Shown piece by piece: positions 18,476-33,085 of a DNA stretch of 64,000 bases (the stretch's first letter is position 1; the number at the start of each line of letters is the position of its first letter). The notes beneath the pieces are model-generated. The model searched no databases. It was not told the origin of the DNA and saw only the letters and a program-made list of their open reading frames with translations. Position numbers and translations under genes: made by a program. The DNA comes from a virus (taxonomy: Duplodnaviria > Caudoviricetes): positions 20,202 to 84,201 of IMG/VR virus record IMGVR_UViG_641509473_000001, one strand, 5' to 3'.

Positions 18476-18762
18476 CAAAACGGCAATCAGTCAAAGCCCC
18501 TAGACGCATAGCGCTAGTCGCTTAGCCATGCGCCGCTAGCGCCTCCTGCTCCGCCATGCGCTAGTCGCTTCTAGCTCATGCTACCTCATCCCTCTGTTTA
18601 AATGCCCCTATAACGGCCTGTAATGCCCTTATTTGGCCCTGCATGAGGTGCCCTAGTGGTAGACACTACCCCTAGTCCTGCAAGGCCGTATAAGCCGTTA
18701 TAGAGGCTTACAGAGGCTAATGCAAAAAGAGAGGGCTAGGAAGCCCTCTTAGCCAATAGAGC

Positions 18763-19074
18763 CTAAGGATTAAGAAGCCATTCGGGTACTTTGAAGCCCT
18801 TGAACTCTTCTACAATCTTGAGCTCTTTGCCATCGTAAACTACGGTTGCCCTCTCTACTGGTAGATAGTCCGGGTGCTGCTCCAACACATATATCACGCT
18901 TGAAGATGTGATGATTAGCCTCTCATCAAAGGCTTCATCACCTCGCTCTAGCGTGATGGTACTATCATCGTCGTTTATTTCCAGATAAACGGCGTAAATG
19001 GGGAAGTCCAAGAGGAACCTTGCCATTAGCCTCTGCTGCCATTCGTACCTTATGTACCTTCCCACAGTTCCCAT
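18763..19074 (-). CDS. Early protein, paralog family copy 1
   Basis: Leaderless; WQQRL...F, YDGK, PEWL. Confidence 0.8.
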   Translation of the reverse strand: MGTVGRYIRYEWQQRLMARFLLDFPIYAVYLEINDDDSTITLERGDEAFDERLIITSSSVIYVLEQHPDYLPVERATVVYDGKELKIVEEFKGFKVPEWLLNP

Positions 19075-19141
19075 AAAGGAATAAAATGTGCGCGTAGTAT
19101 GAGGCTCAAAAAGGAGAGGCTAGGAAGCCCTCTCCTCTATG

Positions 19142-19399
19142 CTAGCCCCAGAGGGCACAGTAAAGCCAAGCCGGAACCTTCAAGTTCGGCAATGGCTTAC
19201 CGATGAGCTTGAGGTCTTCACCATCAAAGTACCACGCGCATTGAAAATCAGGGTGGGTAACCATGATGGTACCGTCGTCATAGAGGAAGAGCGTAGTGCG
19301 GTCTTTAGACCGCATTTCCACCACGCCATCTTGCGCCCATACGTCTTTCACGTCGGGGAAGTAGGTAGCCACCCGCTTTTGGACTCTTGTCAGTTCCAT
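19142..19399 (-). CDS. Early protein, paralog family copy 2 (MELTRVQKR...)
   Basis: Start re-called to the ATG at 19399 next to the variant motif; FDGE, PAWL. Confidence 0.75.
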   Translation of the reverse strand: MELTRVQKRVATYFPDVKDVWAQDGVVEMRSKDRTTLFLYDDGTIMVTHPDFQCAWYFDGEDLKLIGKPLPNLKVPAWLYCALWG

Positions 19400-19476
19400 A
19401 AAGGTATAATAAGCGCTAGCAGTTCTGTGCATGGCGTACGGCTCACTAAAAAAAGGGGCTAACGCCCCCTCCAACG

Positions 19477-19773
19477 CTACTCGCTCTCTTCGGATGGACC
19501 GGTAAATATTTCGGTTAGCCAAGGCGGATTTGGAAAGACCATATCGCGTCCGTTCCACACACGCTCACCATCGTAGTACGCCATGTGAATGGTGTAGCGC
19601 GTGCGCGAGTAGAAGTAGAAGCGGTCCTCCGAGTAGCACACCAACTCTCGGTATATCCCTTCGTCTTCCGATATAAAGACGAGAGCATCCTGCTCCACCT
19701 TGAGCCTAACATTCCCGTATAGGGCCAAGAACCTAGAAGCCGCTTTCTGTTGAAACTCTCCTAGCTTGTTCAT
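19477..19773 (-). CDS. Early protein, paralog family copy 3 (MNKLGEFQQK...)
   Basis: TTATTCCTTC-ATG at 19773; YDGE, PPWL. Confidence 0.8.
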   Translation of the reverse strand: MNKLGEFQQKAASRFLALYGNVRLKVEQDALVFISEDEGIYRELVCYSEDRFYFYSRTRYTIHMAYYDGERVWNGRDMVFPNPPWLTEIFTGPSEESE

Positions 19774-19845
19774 GAAGGAATAAGTTCTAGAAGTGCGCGT
19801 AGTATGGAACCCCAAAAAGAGAGGGCTAGCGCCCTCTCCTGCTAC

Positions 19846-20121
19846 CTACAAGACCTCAAGCATCCAGTTGGGGATGGCCACGTCAAAGTTGCCGCGCGTG
19901 ATGAAGGTCTCGCCGTCAAAGAAGATGGAGTTCCTACCCACTCCGTCCACAGTGAGGGTATAGAGGAAAGAGCCGCCACGATAGATGACGAGCTCTTCCC
20001 TACCGGCGGCGTGATGGCGAGTAGCCACAATACGCTCGCCATCGGCAAAGAGGTCTACCGCCTTGTCGGAGGCCATCATGAAACCAGCTAGAAGCCGTTT
20101 CTGCCACGCTTGCAGTACCAT
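19846..20121 (-). CDS. Early protein, paralog family copy 4 (MVLQAWQKR...)
   Basis: TTATTCCTTT-ATG at 20121; FDGE, PNWM. Confidence 0.8.
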   Translation of the reverse strand: MVLQAWQKRLLAGFMMASDKAVDLFADGERIVATRHHAAGREELVIYRGGSFLYTLTVDGVGRNSIFFDGETFITRGNFDVAIPNWMLEVL

Positions 20122-20197
20122 AAAGGAATAAGCAGTTCCTACCGTGCGCGCTGTACGTAGGTCCAAAAAGAGAGGGCTAGCGCCCTCTCCCCCACGC

Positions 20198-20524
20198 CTA
20201 AGCCCGCCTCCAGTATGGGGCAGGCTCGGCGTGGACTTTGGGCCACCCCGTTCCCACCTCCATCAGGACCCGCTTCAACTTCTTACGGGACAGGCCCTCC
20301 ACCTGGAGGACCACCGCCGGGCCGAGCGGGTACTCGACCCAGCCATCCCTAAACTCCCCGTCGCGGAGGTCATAAACGACCTCGCGTTGGACGTGGAGCC
20401 GCGAACGTAGGCGGCCCCACACCTTCACGCATGTAGCCCCCGCGGCAACGAGGGCCTCCGCCAGCTCCCTAGCCGGGGTGGTGTCCCGGCGCGCTCCAAG
20501 CCGCACCACAACGAGCTTGGCCAT
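20198..20524 (-). CDS. Early hypothetical protein (108 aa)
   Basis: CTATTCTTTT-ATG. Confidence 0.75.
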   Translation of the reverse strand: MAKLVVVRLGARRDTTPARELAEALVAAGATCVKVWGRLRSRLHVQREVVYDLRDGEFRDGWVEYPLGPAVVLQVEGLSRKKLKRVLMEVGTGWPKVHAEPAPYWRRA

Positions 20525-20601
20525 AAAAGAATAGTTCTTTTGTGCTCGCCGTACGGCTCACTAAAAAAGGAGGGGCTAGAACGCCCCCTCCCTCTACCGC
20601 C

Positions 20602-20742
20602 CTACTCGTCGTCGCAATGCTCGCATAGACCTTGTGCGGCTTGCTTCAGATACCAGTATTCCAGGTTGTATTCCAGGTCGTCCTCCTCGTCCTCTTGCCA
20701 ATCCGCCCATAGGTCGAGGTAGAGCAAGTCAAGCTCGCTCAT
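20602..20742 (-). CDS. Highly acidic 46-aa early protein (MSELDLLYLDLWADWQEDEEDDLEYNLEYWYLKQAAQGLCEHCDDE)
   Basis: Hand-translated; TTATTCCTTC-ATG and downstream terminator. Confidence 0.8.
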   Translation of the reverse strand: MSELDLLYLDLWADWQEDEEDDLEYNLEYWYLKQAAQGLCEHCDDE

Positions 20743-20814
20743 GAAGGAATAAGCTCCGTACTTGTGCAAGCCGTACGGAGCCCTAAAAAAGGGAGGGCTA
20801 ACGCCCCCACCGCC

Positions 20815-21048
20815 CTACCAGTCTCCTCCCGCGAAGGAGACCGGGCGGTCCATTTGACGGTTCAACTCCCGCTTCAACTCCCGTAATAGCCTCCACATGG
20901 GGCTATCTTCAGGGATTTGAAGCTCGGTACCATCCAGCATTACGTAGACGGTTTCTAGGCCGTCCATCTTGACGGTTCCCCCACTTACGAGCTTGACGAC
21001 AAGCTCCCGGCCAAGTGGGGAGATTTGCACCCCCTGGACGATGTCCAT
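20815..21048 (-). CDS. Early hypothetical protein (77 aa)
   Basis: TTATTCCTTT-ATG. Confidence 0.8.
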   Translation of the reverse strand: MDIVQGVQISPLGRELVVKLVSGGTVKMDGLETVYVMLDGTELQIPEDSPMWRLLRELKRELNRQMDRPVSFAGGDW

Positions 21049-21122
21049 AAAGGAATAAGCTCCGTACCCGTACCCGGCGTACGGAGGTCAAAAAAGAGGG
21101 GCTAGACGCCCCCCGGCCAGAA

Positions 21123-21278
21123 CTACCACCAGTAGTCGCCTTCGTCCTGCTCCTCGAAGATGTCGGTCCCGATGTCGAGCGTTGTTATACGCTCGACGAA
21201 ATCCGCAATCTCCTCAGGACGAAGCGCCCCTTCCGCCACAAGAGCCTCCACTATAGCCTCCACAGAGACTGTGCGCAT
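21123..21278 (-). CDS. gp76: Host RNAP inhibitor gp76 (51 aa; MRTVSVEAIVEALVAEGALRPEEIADFVERITTLDIGTDIFEEQDEGDYWW)
   Basis: Hand-translated; motif upstream. Length, acidity and position match my recollection of P23-45 gp76. Confidence 0.75.
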   Translation of the reverse strand: MRTVSVEAIVEALVAEGALRPEEIADFVERITTLDIGTDIFEEQDEGDYWW

Positions 21279-21348
21279 AGTAAAGGAATAAAGGGGGGGC
21301 TAGGGGTTTCCCCCATCGCCCCTCCTCTCTTCCGTTGCTCCCTACTAG

Positions 21349-21561
21349 CTACAAAACGGTAGGGAAGTCATCTTGCGCCCAGCAATACAAATCATAGACC
21401 GTATGCTGGGCTAGCGGGTTTCCGTCATCGCGGTATCCAACAAGACGGTTCCCCTCACGGCAGATATACACTCGTTCCCCGGAGTGGAGAACGAGCTCCA
21501 GTTGGCCCTCATGCCGCTTAACCTCCCTGGTCGCTCGCTTAATGAGCATAGCGGTATTCAT
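21349..21561 (-). CDS. Early hypothetical protein (70 aa)
   Basis: TTATTCCTTT-ATG. Confidence 0.8.
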   Translation of the reverse strand: MNTAMLIKRATREVKRHEGQLELVLHSGERVYICREGNRLVGYRDDGNPLAQHTVYDLYCWAQDDFPTVL

Positions 21562-21819
21562 AAAGGAATAAAAGCCTGCTAGATGGTAGGGGGAAATCCT
21601 ACAACCTAGCGGCGCGGGGTGTTGGGGGGCAACCCTCCAGACCAGGGGAGGGGGGGTGTTTTTCCACCACTCACACCCTTCACGCCACCCGCATTTCGCT
21701 TGGAAGGGAGGGGGTAGCTTCGGAAAATGCGCTTTTAAGTTCGGGCTTACGTACGTTGTATGACAAAAATCGCGTATTTCCTAGCAGATTTGACATCGTT
21801 TTGCGGGAAAATCCACGTT

Positions 21820-21845
21820 TTTAAAATCTTAGCCTTTGCTATGAT
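21820..21845 (+). promoter_or_regulatory. Extended -10 promoter at the start of the right arm
   Basis: TTTAAAA-N13-TATGAT with a TG extension (TGCTATGAT). Confidence 0.6.
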
Positions 21846-21857
21846 GGATTTGTACCT

Positions 21858-22499
21858 ATGAACGCGAGGGAGGCTATCGCGGCGGGACTCCGCTTTTATC
21901 AACGCGTGGGTCGCGCTCCTAGACGCGAAGACTTTAGACCCAAGCATAAAGCTCGTTGGGAGGCTATTCTAGGCTTTGAGCTTCCAGGTGAGTACACCAT
22001 AAAAAAGGAGTTTGGAGGGTTCAACAACTACATTCGCGCTATGGGCTTAAGCCTGAACGTGGCTAACGATGTGGAGGAAGTGGAAAACGCTAGCTTGCGG
22101 CATGTGCTTGAGGTCTACCCCAACGCTCAACTGGTGAAGTCTGAGCAGTCGGTGTACGACCTAGAGATAGGCCAGGAGCGGGTGGAGGTTAAAGGCACGC
22201 AACTTTCTATTCGCAATGACAACGGCGCCATGCACTTCTCCTGGCGGCTTCACAACCGCATCTTTAGCAAGCTAGTGGACAGGGTGATTCTGGTTGGGTT
22301 GGACAAGGACTTAAACCCTCTAGTGCGCCTGGAGTTCAAAGGGAGCGGTCTAAGGCTTTTGGACAACAAAGACACCCTTACCGTGTACGCCGATGCGCTA
22401 TTAGGCGGTCATAGCAAATACAAGCCATACATCACCTGGATTGCGCCTATCGCGGGAGACTTGAGCCAATATGCCAGAGTATCCAAAGCACGCCTCTGA
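21858..22499 (+). CDS. Putative endonuclease (homing-endonuclease-associated repeat plus PD-(D/E)xK domain)
   Basis: GRAP...FGGFNN...AMGL repeat; YDL...EVKG nuclease motif. Confidence 0.6.
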   Translation: MNAREAIAAGLRFYQRVGRAPRREDFRPKHKARWEAILGFELPGEYTIKKEFGGFNNYIRAMGLSLNVANDVEEVENASLRHVLEVYPNAQLVKSEQSVYDLEIGQERVEVKGTQLSIRNDNGAMHFSWRLHNRIFSKLVDRVILVGLDKDLNPLVRLEFKGSGLRLLDNKDTLTVYADALLGGHSKYKPYITWIAPIAGDLSQYARVSKARL

Positions 22500-22683
22500 T
22501 GAGCCTTTCGGGTTGATAAGCGAAGAAGGAGAGGTTTTTCTAGGCTTCTACCCCGAAGAGGACGACGTAGTAATAGAAGCTACGTTAGGCACTTTCAAGG
22601 TAAGCAAAGAGCTTTTGCTTCAGTTGGCCGACGCTATTTACTACCGGTTTGGACACATTCGCGAGCCCAAGGTGAGAGCATGA
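22471..22683 (+). CDS. Hypothetical protein (70 aa)
   Basis: GGGAG SD; ATGA coupling to the next gene. Confidence 0.65.
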   Translation: MPEYPKHASDEPFGLISEEGEVFLGFYPEEDDVVIEATLGTFKVSKELLLQLADAIYYRFGHIREPKVRA

Positions 22684-23366
22684 CGGTAGAGCTCAAACAA
22701 GTTCCGCTAACGGACATACAACCTAACCCTTGGAACCCTCACCGCATGACGGAGGAGGAGTTTGAGGCGCTAATCGCTTCCGTGCGTGAAGATGGTCAAT
22801 GGCGTCCAATCATCGTGGTGGAGATGGACGTCCCTGACGAGTACACGCCGAAGGTGGAGTTCCCATACCGCATTGTGGACGGCGAACATCTTTACCGCGC
22901 CCTGGTTCAACTTCACATGGAAGGCGTGTGGCCCAACTTGGCCAACGTGGTGGTCTACGGCAAGAACTCCGAGGTTCCGGCCTGGAAACAGATGGAGATT
23001 GGCCAGACCATCAACCACGGCCTCCGAGGGTCCAAGGAAGACCCGGTCAAGACTAAGCAGGTGCTTGAGCAGATTCTCAAGCATAGACCTGTAGAAGCGG
23101 TGGCGAGGAAGCTCGGTATGGGCGTGGCCGGAGTAAAGCGTGTGGCGGAAGCGCCCAAGCCGGTTCGGCTAAGCGGGCCGTCTTACATGCCAACGTACAA
23201 GGAGCGGCAAAACCACGTCATCGCCCTACTCTTTTCCACCGCGGATGAGCTTAAAGAGTTTGACGACCTGGTTCAGAGCCTGGCGACTCCAGAAGAGCGG
23301 AAGCTCCCTAGGGGTCAACGTAGGCTTAGCGTTCTTAAAAGAGCTTTGCAAGCGCTCAAAACCTAG
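22680..23366 (+). CDS. ParB/Srx-like domain protein
   Basis: PNPWNP, LIASV...G..RPI, IVDGEH.YRA. Confidence 0.8.
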   Translation: MTVELKQVPLTDIQPNPWNPHRMTEEEFEALIASVREDGQWRPIIVVEMDVPDEYTPKVEFPYRIVDGEHLYRALVQLHMEGVWPNLANVVVYGKNSEVPAWKQMEIGQTINHGLRGSKEDPVKTKQVLEQILKHRPVEAVARKLGMGVAGVKRVAEAPKPVRLSGPSYMPTYKERQNHVIALLFSTADELKEFDDLVQSLATPEERKLPRGQRRLSVLKRALQALKT

Positions 23367-23376
23367 GAGACGTCTT

Positions 23377-23538
23377 ATGGAGTACGAGACCCTTTGCGAC
23401 GTGTGCATTCGTAAATACGAGGGATGCTACCTTTACGAGTTTTTCATCGCTCCCCTATCCGCCGACGGTGTGCGCCTTGAGGTCAAAGACTGTGTGCAGT
23501 ACCTGTCTGAGGTAGAAAGCGATGAGCGTGAGTTTTAG
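23377..23538 (+). CDS. Small Cys-rich protein (MEYETLCDVC..., 53 aa)
   Basis: AGGAG SD, ATG at 23377; four Cys. Confidence 0.65.
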   Translation: MEYETLCDVCIRKYEGCYLYEFFIAPLSADGVRLEVKDCVQYLSEVESDEREF

Positions 23539-24017
23539 GGATAGAGTGCTCAAGCTCTACCTGCTTGGCTTTGACCCTAGCGAGATTGCGCAAACCCTTA
23601 GCCTGGACGCCAAGCGCAAGGTTACAGAGGAGGAAGTTCTACACGTCCTAGCCGAGGCTAGAGAGCTTCTTTCTGCCTTGCCTTCCCTTGAGGACATCCG
23701 GGCCGAGGTGGGTCAGGCCCTAGAGCGCGCCCGGATTTTCCAGAAAGACCTGCTAGCGATTTACCAGAACATGCTCCGCAACTACAACGCCATGATGGAA
23801 GGCTTGACCGAGCATCCAGACGGTACCCCGGTGATTGGCGTAAGACCGGCGGATATAGCCGCTATGGCCGACCGGATTATGAAGATTGACCAGGAGCGCA
23901 TCACCGCTCTGCTCAATAGCCTCAAGGTGCTAGGCCATGTTGGGTCCACAACCGCCGGAGCTCTCCCCTCCGCTACAGAGCTAGTGCGCGTGGAGGAGCT
24001 GGTGGCGGAGGTGGTGG

Positions 24018-24037
<20 letters not shown>
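23522..24037 (+). CDS. terS: Terminase small subunit
   Basis: N-terminal HTH; directly upstream of TerL; matches G20c/P74-26-type TerS. Confidence 0.9.
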
Positions 24038-26833
<2,796 letters not shown>

Positions 26834-27853
26834 ATGTCTCAGATAGACGGCGTGCTGTTTTCCGAGAGCGGCGCCGAGGTTACGATTCAGGACCTCATCT
26901 TTACCGACGAGATTCCGCCCCTGTTCTCCGGTAACAAGGTCATCGGTCCCAAACCCCTGGTGGCGGAAGGAACGTACTACGTGTACGACCTCTACAGCGA
27001 CAAATACATCAAGCGGGTCATCACCAAGCAGGACTTGGAGAAATACTTCCGCAACGCTACCAGGGACGTGGCGGTAAACTACGAGCACGACCGCACCTCC
27101 GGGGTCAAGGGTTGGGTTCGGCTTAGGGACACCAAGTACCTGGGCGAGATACAGACCCCGGATGGACCCAAGACGGCCATCTTCGCGGCCATTGAGCTCA
27201 TGCCGGAGGCGGCGGAGCTCGTGGCCAAAGGCTACTACCGGGACGTGTCCATAGAGCTCAAGCCCATTAGCTACGAGATTACCGGCTTGGCGCTCACCGC
27301 TTATCCCGTAATCCGGCACTTGCAGTTCTATTCCGATACGCAAACCGCTAGCGAAGAGGAGGGTTTAAAAGAACCCACCCAGTATAATGAGGGAGCCACG
27401 ATGGATAAAGAGACGCTTTTGAGTGAGGCGCTTCAGGCGTACGGCCTCACGCCTGAAGACTTGGCGCGCCTGCCTGAGCTTCTGGCCAAGGCCAAGGAGG
27501 CCGAGCGGCAGGCTGAGGAGGCCCGGCGTCAGGCCCGGTTTGCCCAGCTTCGCGTGGAGCTGGAGCAGAAGGTGGTCAAGGACGGGCTCAAGGTGGCCCC
27601 AGGCGCCCTGGACGCGCTGGCCGCGCTTTACCTCTACGCCGAGGAGCACGAGGTGAAGTTCTCCATGGACGACCGGCAGACCGACCTCAAGGGCCTGCTT
27701 GACGAGGTTCTTGCCGGGATTGAGGCGGTGAGCGTGTTCGGGGAGACCGGGGCGGCCCAGCTCAAGCCCAACCCTGAACCTTCTGGCGTTAACAAGGAGC
27801 GGGTGGAGGAGATTGTCAACATCGCCATCCGGCGTTTGAGCGACAACCTGTAA
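26834..27853 (+). CDS. Prohead protease/scaffold
   Basis: NYEH, GWV, YRDVSIE, LALTAYP (Mu gpI-like protease), then a helical C-terminus. Confidence 0.8.
   Translation: MSQIDGVLFSESGAEVTIQDLIFTDEIPPLFSGNKVIGPKPLVAEGTYYVYDLYSDKYIKRVITKQDLEKYFRNATRDVAVNYEHDRTSGVKGWVRLRDTKYLGEIQTPDGPKTAIFAAIELMPEAAELVAKGYYRDVSIELKPISYEITGLALTAYPVIRHLQFYSDTQTASEEEGLKEPTQYNEGATMDKETLLSEALQAYGLTPEDLARLPELLAKAKEAERQAEEARRQARFAQLRVELEQKVVKDGLKVAPGALDALAALYLYAEEHEVKFSMDDRQTDLKGLLDEVLAGIEAVSVFGETGAAQLKPNPEPSGVNKERVEEIVNIAIRRLSDNL
27364..27388 (+). promoter_or_regulatory. Internal late promoter before the in-frame scaffold start (ATG 27401)
   Basis: TTTAAAA-N12-TATAAT, then GAGGGAG SD and ATG. Confidence 0.65.
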
Positions 27854-27862
27854 AGGAGCGCT

Positions 27863-29535
<1,673 letters not shown>

Positions 29536-29540
29536 TCCCT

Positions 29541-30157
<617 letters not shown>

Positions 30158-30159
30158 CC

Positions 30160-32545
<2,386 letters not shown>

Positions 32546-32546
<1 letters not shown>

Positions 32547-33040
32547 TGACCCGGCTTTCCGACCTCTTCGCCCCGGAGTGGACCCTGCAGGTGGGTGAGG
32601 AGGTCTGGAGGATGCGGCCCCTCAGTCTAGCCACGCTAGCTGAGGCTGAGGGGCAAGGCATCCTGTTGGAGAACCTGCAGGCCGGGGACCTGCAGAGCTG
32701 GACCCGGTTTTTAGAGTTCCTATCGGGCGTAGAGGCCGCCAAGCTGGTAGCCGCGCTGGAGAAGTACCCCCTAGTGCTGGAGGCGTTCCAGCGCAAGGTA
32801 ATGTGGGCCTTCGGCGCGGACGACGCTAGCGAGGTCAAGGTCAACAGGAGAAGAGTTAAAAACCCGCTCAAGGATACTAAGGAAGAGGTCAAGCCCGAAC
32901 CCACGGACTTCGGCTTTCTCGTTACGCTAAGCCGCGTAACGGGAATCGCCCTTAGCGACCTCTCCCGGATGACCTTGCGCGGGTTGATGGCGGTGCAGGC
33001 GAGCCTGAAGGACTTGCCGCCCGCACCAAAGCTGTTCTGA
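32546..33040 (+). CDS. Tail assembly chaperone
   Basis: Between tube and TMP. Confidence 0.7.
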
Positions 33041-33045
33041 CGACC

Positions 33046-33077
33046 GCCGGGGGAGGGGGACCTCCCCTGGCTTTTTT
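33046..33077 (+). terminator. Intrinsic terminator immediately upstream of the TMP gene
   Basis: GCCGGGGGAGG-GGGA-CCTCCCCTGGC followed by TTTTTT. Confidence 0.8.
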
Positions 33078-33085
33078 CTTCGCTT

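Larger units (their letters stand above)
18724..21113 (-). terminator. Repeated family of intrinsic terminators, one after each early cassette
   Basis: GAGAGGGC-loop-GCCCTCTC-TTTTT type hairpins at about 18724-18749, 19108-19136, 19448-19469, 19814-19838, 20165-20189, 20563-20591, 20785-20808, 21090-21113. Confidence 0.85.
12872..21571 (-). promoter_or_regulatory. Family of phage early-promoter motifs TTATTC(C/T)(C/T)T(T/C), 14 clear copies plus 3 variants
   Basis: Copies at 12872-12881, 13645-13654, 15063-15072, 16952-16961, 17652-17661, 17916-17925, 19075-19084, 19774-19783, 20122-20131, 20525-20534, 20743-20752, 21049-21058, 21282-21291, 21562-21571. Variants near 13242, 17390, 19400. Most lie 0-3 nt from an ATG. 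Confidence 0.9.

Noticed and set aside
18266-18478. 70-aa Pro/Ser/Leu-rich ORF
   Set aside because: Translation artefact of the polypyrimidine mirror repeats.
19400-20166. N-terminal extensions of the track ORFs ending at 19558, 19815 and 20166
   Set aside because: They run through the terminator/promoter spacers; the true starts abut the motif.
18724-21345. Regularly spaced repeats resembling a CRISPR array
   Set aside because: The repeats are degenerate terminator/promoter modules separated by 140-330-nt ORFs, and there are no cas genes.
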